A stretch of DNA of 64,000 nucleotides, from assembly GCA_951406725.2 (NCBI GenBank), contig OX597816.1, positions 93,806,001 through 93,870,000 of the forward strand. The letters are read 5' to 3'. This document shows positions 1 to 13,218 of the stretch, piece after piece. The notes beneath the pieces were generated by a model. The model did no database searches and was not told where the DNA came from. It saw nothing but the letters and a program-made list of their open reading frames with translations. How positions within the stretch are numbered: position 1 is the stretch's first letter; each line of letters starts with the position of its first letter. This stretch comes from Octopus vulgaris (lineage: Eukaryota). A program made the translations under genes and the position numbers.

Positions 1-165
1 AAGAGGAGAGAGAGAGAGAAAGAGATGTAAACCAGTAAATGTCGCCAAAGCTGGTAATCTTTCGCTTCCTATTTTGATCCACAACTGACAATTTAAATCA
101 GAACTTCTTTGAACGAAGGAAAACCAGTTTCGGCATTCTTTGCTCTACTCTAATCCATTAATGGC

Positions 166-383
166 TCACTGGCGCCGTCCAGTGAAAGCTGGCGTCACAA
201 GAACTACCAAGTGCGACAACGCATTGGCCAACAGGGAGTAGAAAAGTCTCGTTCTAGCGAAAAGATGCTGCATAAGTGGCCGAAATCTAATTCCCCCTCC
301 CCTTACATTACTTTCCATGCTATCACATCTGCAGACACCTTGACTAACTAGCATAATTATACATTTCTCATTTCCCTCATCAC
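166..383 (-). CDS. Candidate coding exon of an unidentified minus-strand gene
   Basis: Acceptor tttcaatctttgatacAG ends at 384. The frame (x)DEGNEKCIIMLVSQG...PAFTGRRQ is open to TGA at 168-166, with an overlapping GTGAGC donor at 169. Phase is compatible with the exon at 11838-11907. No homology recognised. Confidence 0.3.
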
Positions 384-2519
384 CTGTATCAAAGATTGAA
401 ATCCTTTCCTAGATAGTTCGCCTCCCAAACTTCAAAATTCATCTAAATACGCACTGAATGATCTCCCAAGAGTTATTTGCAAATGATTTTTAAATTGGGC
501 GTCATCCTGTTGTTAAAGCTTAATTAGGAATGTTCACCTGCAAATAAAACCTTATGGAAAAGACGAGACACAAAACTGTTTCTCGAATCCCCTCCGCAGT
601 TTTTCCTTTCCTCTTCCTTTCTCTTTCCATCTCATCTTCTTTGTTGTCAAGATTTTTGGCTCCCACTAATATCAATAACACGTTCCTATCCTTAGGTAGA
701 TGTATGGCTGAGAGGCGTATTGCCAGATATTTTATACAGGGGCTGATATCGAATGCACCGACTATCCACGATATATAACATCCATTCTAGGCACGATGTA
801 AATTTCTTTCTTGTCGCCATAAACAACATAAACATTATTGTATTGTCTAGTAAACCAAGACAATAAATTCAGCCATGAAATTCTTCTTAGATCCCAATTT
901 AATTAACCTACACAAACATTTATCATTGTCAGACGTAATAACCAAGCAAATTAGGTGCCAGCTCATGTTTGTATAAAAAGACCGGTTAACTTTATGGATT
1001 ACGTGTCATGGGTTCGAATTAAGCGTAGTCAAATGAATTTTAGCCTTTAAATTCATTTGACTGCGCTTAATTAGCAGAAAGTCGAAACCAGTCACTTTGG
1101 TAAAGTGATCTGCAAAAGGTTAGCACTCCTATCACATGAATGTATCGTTTATAATGATTGTCGCTAAAATAGCTTCTTTCATGAAGCATTTTATTGTTGT
1201 TGGTGGTGCTGTTTATCTTTGGGATAGCCCTGGTATAGCAGATCTCTGATCAAAGGTACACATACTTGACCAATCTGAAACGTCCTATTTTTAAGACTAA
1301 GTTCTGAAGAAAATTCGGCTGTAATTTTTAGCAGGTCAGCGTAGAAGTCAATTTCAAAGACAATGTAATATTTCCCGTGCAATTAGTTCCTGTGTAGTTC
1401 CTCTTGGCTCCTAAATGTTAGGCTAATGGGAGATGGCAATCTTTGCATGGTTTTACTGGTTTCAGTCGCTACATCGTTTTCCTCTATGATTTTAGTGCCC
1501 TGATATATGGTGCGTTCAGCATTGTTTTCCCAGAGACACGACTCAGTGGTTCGGTTCATACTGTTACCACCTCTTTGTTTTCTTCTTTTTTTTTGTATTT
1601 GATGTGTTGTTATTCAACAAAATTATTTTCCATAGACAAGGAATTTTAGAACAGCTGATGTTACACAGTTGTAGTTAATGACGTCCTGACTGAATATTGG
1701 ATCGAACAAGATTGTATTTCTTTCCCCGTCGCAGTTTTTTTTTTTTTGTTCCTTATAGTGGATGTTTTATTGTTTGAAATGGCTATGGGCAAGTACTCAG
1801 TCGTATTGCTTCGTCGAAGGGTAGACCGCTTATACGTTTGATTTTTGTAGTAGATATTTGTTTAATAAGAATTAGAAGTTATTCTACTATACATAGAGGT
1901 TGGTTCTTAAATATATTACATGCTGTCCATGCGAACCTGGATTTAGGTTTATAGTTGCTTTCAAACATTGGCATATTACCGATAAATAGAGACTATTATT
2001 TGTTTCATAAGTGTGGTAGCCTCTCCAATTTCTGCTCCTTCATAGTTATTCATAAAAATATCGAATGCTTCTATGTTCAACAGATTAAGACGGAACCAAC
2101 AGAAGATATAACGAAGTGCTTTGAGCAGTCATCAGATTTTCAGATGCGTGGTACAGACAACAAATGACTATGTTGTTATCGCAATAGTAATTATTGCTTG
2201 GTAACGGTTATCGCTATGACTGATTTAGTTTCGATCGAAGATCCTTAGATAATGTTCTTTTTTGCTTATTATAATTGTTCATATTTTTTCGTTTGTTCGT
2301 AAAAAGGATGAGTTTTTCCACTTGCACTGAAGTCTAAATTTTTGCCATACAAAGCATGAATGGACTCTTGGTTAGTAAAGTTATGTACCCTATCTCGATC
2401 AATTAATTTCGTTCCCGTTCTATATAATTCTCATTGCATTCTGAGCATGAAATCTAGTAGTGTAAATTATTCGTTTTGTAATTTTGAAATTCATAACTAC
2501 AATAATTTTGAATTTCTTT

Positions 2520-2592
2520 TCCACTCATGATTTTTTTAAAATGTTCCCTGCTAAATCAAACCAATCATCTCACAATGAAGGCTTCCACATTT
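2520..2592 (-). mobile_element. Short mariner fragment
   Basis: Near-identical to 8457-8531 (cctgctaaatcaaaccaatcatctcacaatgaaggcttccacatttc). Confidence 0.7.
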
Positions 2593-2859
2593 CGTTGCTA
2601 GCATAACTTCTTAATATAATACAAGACTGGCTTTTGTCGAGTCTTCTATAACTGGGTAGTTGTGTCAGATTGTTAATTTTGAGCCCATATGCTATAAGTT
2701 TTATTTCATTTTATAAAAGATATCATAGTGATAAATTTATTACTTTGACATCATTTGGTTCAGTATTTCCTAAAACCAAAGAATCGTTATTTACATTATT
2801 TACATTATTTACATTTGACGGTTTTTGTCCTCATCCTGTTTTGATTACGAGCTTTGATA

Positions 2860-3513
2860 CTCAGTCTCAAACTATCCAGGAGATTTAGCAGCCTTTGGCG
2901 ATGATGCCATGGGCAAAACTCAGATCAAAGTATGATACAACTGCACCAAACATGACTGCACTTCAGTGGAGAACGAGGCATGTGCAGGTAAGCAATCCAC
3001 AAGCCAAAACGAGAAGCCGATTGTGAAGGTCCGGTGAATAGTCATGGAAGACCGTGCTGTAGTAACCCAGCAAATTATTCACGAAGTGGTAATAAGCACA
3101 GGATTAGTGCATTCTATTTTAACGGAAGATTTGTGCATGCGGAGAGTTTTGAAAAAATTACTCGGATACTTTTTGAACGTTCCTTGTAATCCAAGCTTTC
3201 CTGGTGAAGGACAACACATCACTTGTTCGACAGGCACCCTACTCTCCCGACTTCTGGCTTATCCCCAAACTGAAAACTACGCTGAAAGGGAAGCGATTCG
3301 AGTCGTGAGAAGAAATTATGAGATAAGCGACTGCGGAGCTCCACAGCATTAGAGAGAAGACATCCCAAAAGTGTTACCAGCAGTAGCAGAACCACTGGGA
3401 GAAGTGTATGAACCCCACAGGCAAGTATTTTGAAGGTGATTCAATAAAATTTGTGAAATGTACAAAATCGTGTTTTTATGCCTAAAGATCGGGTGCCTTT
3501 TGAATGCACCTCG
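2860..3513 (+). mobile_element. Decayed Tc1/mariner transposon with right TIR
   Basis: Transposase remnants (AFGDDAMGKTQIK..., MEDR...IIHEVVISTGLVHSILTEDLCMRRV, QAPYSPD). Ends ...gcacctcg followed by TA. Confidence 0.85.
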
Positions 3514-3734
3514 TATATTAGTTACACGTTGAGTTTTGAGACACTTTTTAATGCAATACAATCAGTGAATACATAAACAAACAGAAAAGAATCCATACAA
3601 TGCATATATATATTTTGCAATCTCCGGTGAAAATGACGTATCAGTATTCATTTTTGATGAACGATCTGCAAAACTGATTTATTTCTAGTGATCAAATTAC
3701 ATTAGCGCACTCCCTCCATCAAATCACGTCTACA

Positions 3735-3895
3735 GGTGCACAAGTGTGTCACACGTCAGATGTCGAAGTAATCGCAGAGCAATGTGAAAATAAAGCGCTT
3801 TGCTCAAGAACACAATTCACCGTCCGGTCCAGGAATCGAACACACAATCTAGACATTGTGAGTGTAACACTCTAACCGCTAAACCACGAAGCTAC
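3735..3895 (-). mobile_element. tRNA-derived CORE-type SINE, decayed
   Basis: Reverse complement shows a tRNA-like head (ttcgattcc) and gtgttcttgagcaaagcgctttattt, as in the copy at 12815. Confidence 0.7.
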
Positions 3896-3920
3896 ACAAA
3901 TATATATATGTATGTATATA

Positions 3921-4004
<84 letters not shown>

Positions 4005-4024
4005 CGTGTGTTTTGATCCTTTAC

Positions 4025-4570
4025 TAATGAGAGACCTGAATCTTATAAGGCATCATGTAAGGGTCCTTCAGCGCTTCCATCAGAGATGTCTGAGACACAT
4101 TCTGAACGTTGGCTGATCCTTGTCGACTTCAGAAACAGAGCTCTTAAGGGGATCCGGAATCCTGAGCACTGAGGCGGTGTTGCACAAGCACCGTTTATGT
4201 TGGACAGCACACCTTGTTCGGATCAGTGATCAGAGAATTCCTAAGCAGATGCTATATGGCGGAAAGCGCCCACAGCAGAATCCAAAACTACGATTTAAGT
4301 ATTGTTTAAGGTCCTTATTGAATGCATGCGAAATAAGGGAGGTCATTTGAGAATGCTTGTCTTCGCAAATCAAAGAAGGAAATAAGTAAAGGACAGAGTT
4401 GCTACTTTCGAAAAAGAAGCATTTTTCACGCAGAATTTACACAAGCTGCTTGAAAACGCACCGCCTATGTAGTAAATGGGGGAAGCATAATATGCCAAAT
4501 ATGCAGACGTGTATGTTTATCAAGAGCTGGGCTCATTGGTCACCAGTGGAGCTACAAATGTAAAGCATAA
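4025..4570 (+). mobile_element. RTE-clade LINE 3' fragment
   Basis: AFHQRCLRHIL...RLCWTAHLVRISDQRIPKQMLYG..KRP..PKLRFK, and a terminal C2H-type finger CQICRRVCLSRAGLIGH. Confidence 0.85.
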
Positions 4571-4649
4571 ATTTTTATGAGTACGCAATGATATAATTCG
4601 TGACACAGTTCCATATAATATACACTTTTGAAAATCTAATGCCAAACCA

Positions 4650-5530
4650 ATCAAGTGTACTTCTTTATTTTAAAAGATAATTAAATTCTAATTAACACTG
4701 ATATATTCTCTGTGCATTTTCAACGGATATGAGATAACAGCGCGGATAACTATGCGCTGTTCAGAGACGGCAGATAAGGGAAAATATGGTGACTACTCTG
4801 TTATTAGAAGATGAAAATTCACATTCATTTTGTGGGTGCTATGAAAAGAGGAAACGAATCCGAGGGGGCGAATGGGTGAGAGGTTTATCAAGTGTTATAA
4901 CCCCTGACTCCATAGTATTTCAGATGGCTGTAAGGTCGCAAGAATCTTGTAGTTGAACATATATGCGAGTAATTGAGGTAGCTTTATGTTTGGAGAGTTA
5001 GCATATATGCAGGAGCCTTTTTTGCGGGAAGGGGGTTTGGACTGTTTCCAAAATATTTAAGCCCAATTTTGGGCGCAGATGTATATGTTTGTTCATTTGC
5101 GTTTGGTTTGGTTAAAAACTTAACTGCGTTTTCAGAATGTGAGGGTAGAAGGGACGAAAGTGGAGAACCTAGTAAATATAGTCATGGTAGCGTTCATAGG
5201 TAACTTAATATATATACCTTCTCTCATGTAGGCAAGGGTTGAAAAATCTCGGAAGCTGCGAATTTTATAATGATTCTTCCTCGGTTAGACATAAGCTGGA
5301 TTTTCTAATGCTCTAAAAATTAAACATTGGACTTATCTAAGATTTTCCACTGGTTTTCTGTATTGCTTTCCTTTAACCCCCAGACATACGTGATCAGGGC
5401 TGTAACATTGCGTCTTAGGCATGTTTGGGACCCTGCAACGTTATCTCAATTGTATTTGTGTTACAATGACCGTGAAGAGGACATTTGCTGTTATCTCTAC
5501 ATGAGTATCCTAGTTCGGTCTTAGGTGTGC
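4650..5530 (-). mobile_element. Heavily decayed Penelope-like element 3' part (tentative)
   Basis: Weak remnants (VYIKLP, NYKILA, ESGVITLDKP) and a degenerate HHR-like trace at about 4735-4770. Confidence 0.3.
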
Positions 5531-7218
5531 CCCCAATTATAATATAAAAACAATATTATGAGTGTAACTAACCGCCAAGAAACAGAGGAATGGCAACCAT
5601 AAAACTTAAATCAAAGCTGTGGCATGGTCAGTTGTCTTCACTAAATCTATAGAGTGAAAGTGAAAGACTGGTAAGGCCGCAATGTGAACACAACATTCAT
5701 GGTTGCTTCACACATATAGACATATTTATGTATGAATATATGTATATAAATAAATAAATGTGTATACATATACATATACAAAAATATATATTTATACGTT
5801 TGTGTATATGTATGTGTGCGTCTGTGTGTATTTATATATATAAACACGCACATATGCAGACACACACACATCTTATATATATAAAATTTTATATCTTTGT
5901 ATGTTTCCCAAAGATTGAAAAACACCTTCATGAGTTTTGTACAAAATCTAATGTCATACGAGAAAGGTCTGTATCTCGACTTTGGCTCCAACAAGGCGAC
6001 CTTTTTTTATAGCATGATTGTTTTGTTAATAATTATCACAGATGTTACAATTCTAACTAAATGCAATAGCTTGTCATTTGTGGAGTCATAAAATGGAAGC
6101 AATATAATTAAATATTCTGGTGGCGGAACTAGACAGCTTAACGTTTTTTTAGTATATTATTATATATTATACAATTCCGTCGACGCCGTCTTTGACTTTC
6201 ATTCTTCCGTGGCGGATAAAATAAAGTACCAACCAAGAACCGAGTTGATTTTATCGCGAGTTCTCTCCTCCAAAATGTGTGCTATTATACCTTAGTTCGA
6301 TATTATGTGTGTGTGTGAAAGTCTATGCATTCATGTATGTGTGCGTGCGTGTGTGTGGTCTATAGATATATATACATACACACACACACACACATATATA
6401 TAAGGATACATACTATATGTAATTTCATATTTATATTTATTTATCCTTGGCTTAACGGGATTAATGATTGTCTAATGACTTATGCATGCTTTTGATTAAG
6501 GTAGAAGAAAAATATAAGAAAGAATTCGAAAGCCCTCCTTCGAAGGTTCAATAGATTTTTTTTTTGTCTCTAATTGAATACTTGATATAAGCGCCCTTTA
6601 TTATCGATGGTTAACCAAGTTCTCTTCTTTATATGTTCTGGTCATTAGCAAGTACTGTGGGCTGTACAGCTCATACCGGCAGCACTTTATAACTGCAAAT
6701 TAAAAATTTCGCTAGTTTTTCATTGCGGTCCACATACCCCTTGTGAGTTACTTGAAAATTGATATACACAAGATCACTACAAGAAGTGAACTTTCCAAGT
6801 ACTATCCTTATGTCCTACTAAGTAGTGGAGTCACACAGAAACTCACATATATTTCATTTGATACATTAATCGTTGCATTGAAGAACTATTGAAATACAAG
6901 ATAAATATTTTGAAGATTCGGGTAAAAGCTATCCATATCCACTGCAGGCTTGTTAATGGCCGACGAGACCAATACAGCCCGAGGGCACCAACTGCAAGAG
7001 AAATTATATTCGTGTTTCCTTCTGCTCTATCACGATTGTCTCCATTTATCCTCTAGGTCAGTTCTCGAAAAGACTATACTGACGAATAGTGTGTCGTATA
7101 GAGTCTGAGAAATGACACGTTAATAAAAGCATCGAATCGAATATTTTATTTTATCAGCTTTCAATTATTGTCGGTATACTCTTATTAATGTCTGAGTATT
7201 CTTTGGTATAACTACAGC

Positions 7219-7620
7219 TTTCTGCATCCCTACCCAGATTTGGATGATCATAACTTTCAGAAAAATGGATATTTTTTAATGAAATTTTCTATGAATATGT
7301 GTTATATCTTGTAGATTTCGAATATTTAGTATTTTTGGGGGAAAGTGTTTTAGGAGGGAGGGAGCTGGAGGATTTCGGAAAATTCACCGGAGTCCACTTC
7401 AATTCGTCTTAACTTTTAAGAAAATGGATATATTTTTTAATGAACTTCTCTACAAATTTACCTCGGACTATGTAGATTCTGAGAGCATAGGAATTTTGGG
7501 GGAAAACTGTTGGGGGTTATTTTTAAGAACTGTTCCCCACTCGGGGATGCTTTGGGACAAGTCGTCCATATTTGTTTCATTTTCTCCGCTTTGTGCATTT
7601 GTGCATCCGTAGATTTCTAC
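7219..7620 (+). repeat. ~400 bp repeat, left arm of an inverted pair
   Basis: Reverse complement of 7993-8380 along its whole length. Contains an internal duplicated subunit (aacttt..gaaaatggatattttttaatgaa...tgtagatt). Ends gtagatttctac. Confidence 0.9.
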
Positions 7621-7935
7621 TGAAGCATCAAACAGGCTATAAAGTCAAATAAAGCCCTCACCAGAAAACTCGTCATGCTAAAAATAACAGCTAAAGGTCT
7701 GGTACACAGAAATATGTTAATAAGATGATTTATCTGTTGCATACGATTTTTTTTCTCTTTAAGTAACTTCCCAGGTAAACGTTTCTAATAGAAAGGCAGA
7801 AGATACCAGAAGCAAAAATAAGGAATATACACGCACAGTTAAATATAGAAGTGTAAAGTATAATTTGTTACATAACCTCTATAATAAACGTGATATTGAA
7901 TGAAATAATTCCCCATTTGGACTTTTTTAATTACA

Positions 7936-7966
<31 letters not shown>

Positions 7967-7992
7967 GTATGTGTGTGTGTGTGTGTGTGTGT

Positions 7993-8380
7993 GTAGAAAT
8001 CTACGGATGCACAAACGCACAAAACGGAGAAAATGAAACAAATATGGACTTGTCTCGAAACACCTCAGAGTGGGGAACAGTTCTCAAAATAATTTCCTAC
8101 TTTTTCCCCCACCCAAAATTCCTGTGTCCTCGGAATCTACATAGTCCAAGGTATATATGTAGAGAATTTCATTTAAAAATATCAGTTTTCTTGAAAGTTA
8201 AGATGAATTGAAGTGAACTCTGGTGGATTTTCCGAAATTCCCTCCTAAAATACTTTCCCCATAAAATTTTGTATATTCGAAATCTACATGATATAACACA
8301 TATTCGTAGAAAATTTCATTAAAAAATATCCATTTTTCTGAAAGTTATGATCATCCAAATTCGGCAGTGGGGGCAGAAAT
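7993..8380 (-). repeat. ~390 bp repeat, right arm of an inverted pair
   Basis: Starts gtagaaatctac and mirrors 7219-7620. Confidence 0.9.
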
Positions 8381-8439
8381 CAATAGTTATGCCTATTCTT
8401 TTGTGCCATATTCTTACCAATAACACCCAAAATATTCCC

Positions 8440-9123
8440 TTCATTTTGAATTTCTTTTCCACTCAAGAATTTTTTAAATTTTACCCTGCTAAATCAAACC
8501 AATCATCTCACAATGAAGGCTTCCACATTTCAGAATGTCCTGAGTGATCTCCATGCGGAGTTGCATATCTCCTCCGTCAGCACCATGGGTACGAATTTCG
8601 CTGGCACTCTCCGCATGAACAAATCCTCAATTAAAATAGAATGCACTGATCCTGTACTTATTCCCACTTCGAGAGCAGTTTCCTGGAGAATTCTGAGAAT
8701 AGTCTTCCATGGCTATTCTCCGAACCTTCTCAGTCGGCTCCTCGCCTCAGCTGGAGGATGGCCTACCTGAGCGTGCCTGGTTCTCCACTGAGATGCTGCC
8801 GACCTTTGAAGCAGTTGTACCACTGCTTGATCTGAGTTTTGCCTATGGTATTACCGTAAAATGCTTGTTGAGTCTTCTGGATATTTGAGCTTGATTTTAG
8901 AAAAAAAACTTGGTGCAATATCTCTGCTCGATGCACCCGGTTACCTTTTGTGAAAACGAAAATCTGAGCTGTACGCACGTCCGTATTCTAGGCGTAACAG
9001 CCGGAAACTGACGCGGCCTACCGTTTTGAAAGTTTTCATGAGTGCACAAGAAGGGTGGTGTTGCATCTAACCCAAGCATTTTGTCCACGCGGTATTAGTT
9101 GGATACTTTTCCAGCACACCTCG
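8440..9123 (-). mobile_element. Decayed mariner transposon, 5' half with TIR
   Basis: Minus strand starts TA-cgaggtgtgctggaaaagtatcc. Remnants EQRYCTKF and QQAFYGNTIGKTQIKQWYNCFKGR. Confidence 0.85.
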
Positions 9124-9281
9124 TATATATCATATATCATATATACGTGTGTGTGTGTACGTGTGTGTGTATATATATATATTTGCTTATTTTTACATTT
9201 TTTTGCTGTCGTGGTAATGGCGATTTGACGTCTATGTTTAGCATATAGGCCGTCCACTTTAGTGGTCAGTCCTCTAAATTT

Positions 9282-9321
<40 letters not shown>

Positions 9322-9352
9322 CACATATATGTGTATAACATATATATATATC

Positions 9353-9389
<37 letters not shown>

Positions 9390-9402
9390 CATATATGTGT
9401 AT

Positions 9403-9463
<61 letters not shown>

Positions 9464-9580
9464 ATATATAAAATATATATGCACACATTTATATATAAAC
9501 ATATATACACATACATACATATACATTCATCTACATATATATGCAGACATACATGTACGTACACACACACACACATATAT

Positions 9581-9624
<44 letters not shown>

Positions 9625-9659
9625 ACATATATACATACATACATTTTTTTATCTTTTAT

Positions 9660-9880
9660 CTTTTAGTTGTTTCACTCATCAGACCGCGGTCATGCTGGGG
9701 CACCGCTTTAATGAATTATTAGGCGAATGAAACGACCCAGTGTTTATATTTTTTGAAAGCCTGCTACTTATTCTATCGATGCCTTTTGCCGAACCATTTA
9801 GTTATAGGGACGGAGACACACCAGCACTGATTCTCAAGTGGTGCTAGGGATAAACGCAAACTCAAAGATACGCGCACACG
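9660..9880 (-). mobile_element. 3' half of an OR-like SINE
   Basis: Matches 52800-52980 (gcggtcatgctggggcaccgc...cctgctacttattctatcg...ccgaacc). Confidence 0.75.
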
Positions 9881-9924
9881 CACACACGCACACACACACA
9901 TACATACATACATACATACATACA

Positions 9925-9957
<33 letters not shown>

Positions 9958-9961
9958 GTAT

Positions 9962-10012
<51 letters not shown>

Positions 10013-10079
10013 TACACATATATGCATAAGTACATACATGCAGACATACATACTCTTGCATATCTATACAATATTTCTA

Positions 10080-10225
10080 ATTTTGGCATTAGGCCAGCAA
10101 TTGTAAAGAGAGGGTGAAGTCTATTACATTGACCGCAGTAGTCCACTGGTATTTTATCGATCCATAAAGGATGAGAGGCAAAGCCGACTACGGTGGAATC
10201 TGAACTCAGAACGTAAAGAGCGATA
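10080..10225 (-). mobile_element. tRNA-derived SINE (Meta-like domain family)
   Basis: atcgatccataaaggatgagaggcaaagccgac...ggaatctgaactcagaacg matches the family consensus seen at 25390-25838. Confidence 0.8.
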
Positions 10226-10263
10226 ATATGGGCATACATGTGTATGTATGTTTACATACATAA

Positions 10264-10295
<32 letters not shown>

Positions 10296-10784
10296 CTGTA
10301 AATATGCATGTGTGCTGTTGTGTATGCGTGTGAATATATGAATATGCGTGTGTGTGCGCGCGCGCAAGCGCGTGTGCGTGTATGGGGAAAGTGAGAGATG
10401 CATAAAGAGACAGAGAAATGCATAAGATATGAAAATGTATAAAACGCATATACTTGCACATGCACACACACACATACATACACGCACGCAAACACACTCT
10501 CTCTTTCTTTTTATCTCTCCCTTTCATTCTCTCTCTTTCTGTCTTTCACTTACTCTTTCTCTGTCACTCACACACACACACACACACACACATACGTATA
10601 CGCGTGCATATTTCAATTAGGACGCATGTTATTGGAATAATCAAATGCACATTTGCATGCATTGACAAGAATATCAGAAAGAACTCATAGAAGTGTGTGT
10701 GTTTGTGTATGTGTGTGTGTTTGTGTGTCTGTGAGTGCTTGTTTCTGTTAAACTGTGTCTAACCGTCAATATATGAGCTCCTTT

Positions 10785-10915
10785 CCGTCGAGGTCGACTT
10801 TGCCTTTCATCCTTTCGGGGTCGATAAATTAAGTACAAGTTGCGTTCGCGGGGTCGATCTAATCGACTGGCCCCCTCCCCAAACATTTCTGGTTTTGTGC
10901 TTAGAGAAGAAAAGA
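10785..10915 (+). mobile_element. tRNA-derived SINE fragment (Meta-like domain)
   Basis: gaggtcgactttgcctttcatcctttcggggtcgataaattaagtac. Confidence 0.85.
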
Positions 10916-11064
10916 ATATATGGGCTCCTTTAAGTTCGTGTATGCAAACACTCTCTACAGGTGTTGAAATCTTAAGATCGAAAAAGTGACATTTTTTTCG
11001 GTCATAAGGCGCGTGTATGTACGTATGAATATGTGTGTATATTAGTACACACACACACACAAAC

Positions 11065-11102
<38 letters not shown>

Positions 11103-11193
11103 GCCAGTAGGAATATGTAAATATATCTATGAGAATGTATATCTATGTATGTATAAATGCATACTAATATACACGTGTGTGTATATAAACTCA

Positions 11194-11233
<40 letters not shown>

Positions 11234-11560
11234 CACATACATTTGTATATATCTATATGAATGTATATTTAAGTATGTATTTATGAATACATATGTATAT
11301 GTGTGTAAACGTAGGTATGTATGGCCTCTATAAGATTCATAATGTTGAAGAAAGACACTCGTTTCATTCATATATGCGTGCGTACTCACACAAACAAATA
11401 TACTCGGACGAAATCACATATTCCCTGAAATACATATGCAAGAGACAGACATGCACACATACTGTTGCGCTCGTTTGTTCATACTTACCAATGAAGCAGA
11501 AGCGGCCGCAAGTTTTTCGTCCCCTCACATGAAGAGGGAGAAAGAAGCTAGAAAGAGAGC

Positions 11561-11628
<68 letters not shown>

Positions 11629-11837
11629 CAAGCAGAAACGGAGTCTTAGAAAGAGACAGAGAACGCATGTGAGTGAGAGAGAGAAAGCAGCTGACACGCC
11701 CGCAAATACATCTTGACAGAGCGACTTAAACCAACAGACAGGCCTCAGACGACATTACATTGGCTACAAAGAAATCCTAACAAAGGTTTCAGAGACAGAA
11801 AGACGCAAGTATGTTTACCTCAGCTTTTGTTACTCAC

Positions 11838-11907
11838 AGACACCGACTGAATGTGAGCGTCCAGGGTTATGATCTCTAGTCAAGACGGCTGCCTCCCCCT
11901 GAGACAT
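11838..11907 (-). CDS. Candidate first coding exon MSQGEAAVLTRDHNPGRSHSVGV
   Basis: ATG at 11907 with an in-frame TAG 18 nt upstream. GC-balanced non-repetitive sequence. Perfect GTGAGT donor at 11837-11832 (phase 1). Possible acceptor near 12371. Confidence 0.4.
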
Positions 11908-12141
11908 ATGACGACGCTCTGGCTAATAACTATTGCTGTTGTTATTGTTGTCGTTGTTCACTGTTCGTCGTCATCGTCGTCATTATATTGTAGTTGTCGT
12001 CGTTGTCGTTGTCGTTGTCGTTGTCCTTGTCTTGCTATTATTGTCGTCGATTTCGTGTTGTCGTCGTTGTCGGTCACTAACGATCTTCAATGTCATTATT
12101 TTGGGCTTTGCACTTGCTGTTGTGAAAGTAACAATTTCCTT

Positions 12142-12182
<41 letters not shown>

Positions 12183-12466
12183 GATTGTGTGTGTTTGTAT
12201 AAAGTAGTTTGATATAGTCACCTCTACCACTACCACCGACCGATGTGTATGAAGTATGTATTGCATGTACGCTGGTGAATGTGGTTGTTTGTACATCACT
12301 TTAACCATGTGTTACTAATTACATACAACATTAGTCATCATGTCATTCTCTTGCAGCAAATTCCCGTGTCCTACATTAATATGTAAAGGTTTAAAACATC
12401 TATTGCTCGCTTTAGTTGCAATTTAGATAAGACTATCTCTCTCATTCTCGCTCTCTTCTCTCTCTC

Positions 12467-12508
<42 letters not shown>

Positions 12509-12814
12509 GCAAAACTTTATAAATGTATAACTCATTAAAAAAAAATTGCTTAAAGATCCTTTGATGTTCATTATTTTAAATTTTATGCTGATGAAGGCAA
12601 TCATCAGACGGCTAATGACTATAATGACACGTGAGTGGACTGAGGGTCGTATGAGACGGATATTTGGTAGCTGTTTATGTTTAGATTTAGCTAAGTTTAT
12701 TTTTCTCGAATTTATACAGTGCTGGCGATTCCAAATAAGAATGAAATAGAATTATATATGGCTACCAACGAATAGAAACTTTAAGATCTTTATAACGTGT
12801 AATATATATATATT

Positions 12815-13160
12815 ATGGCTCAGTGGTTAGCATGGCTCAGTGGTTAGAGCGTCGAGCTTACGATCGTGAGGTTGTGAGCTCGAATCCCGGACCGGGCTGC
12901 GTGTTGTGTTCTCGAGCAAAACACTTTATTTCACGTTGCTCCAGTTCACTCAGCTGTAGAAATGAGTTGCGACGTCACTGGTTCCAAGCTGTATCGACCT
13001 TTGTCTTTCCCTTGGATAACACTGGTGGCGTGGAGAGGGGAGGCTGGTATGCATGGGCGACTGCTGGTCTTCCATAAACAACCTCGCCCGGACTTGTGTC
13101 TAGGAGGGTAACTTTCTAGGTGCAATCCCATGGTCATTCATGACCGAAGGGGGTCTTACC

Positions 13161-13163
<3 letters not shown>
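12815..13163 (+). mobile_element. Full-length young tRNA-derived CORE-type SINE
   Basis: A box tggctcagtgg (duplicated at the 5' end), B box gctcgaatccc, and CORE-like gtgttctcgagcaaaacactttatttcacgttgctccagttcactcagctgtagaaatgag. Confidence 0.9.

Positions 13164-13214
<51 letters not shown>

Positions 13215-13218
<4 letters not shown>

Noticed and set aside
1100-1950. Possible L1/Tx1 ORF1 remnant on the minus strand (also 59400-59940)
   Set aside because: Too decayed to support with any diagnostic motif.
11869-12202. Plus-strand Cys/Val/Thr-rich ORFs with signal-peptide-like starts
   Set aside because: They derive from (GTT/GTC)n and (TAC)n trinucleotide tracts. The splice signals favour the minus strand.
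12588-12607. CTGATGA hammerhead core
   Set aside because: It pairs with its own complement TCATCAG, and no GAAA or UH is in register.
12832-12900. tRNA gene
   Set aside because: A and B boxes are present but run into a SINE body, and there is no acceptor stem. The same applies to the other SINE heads.
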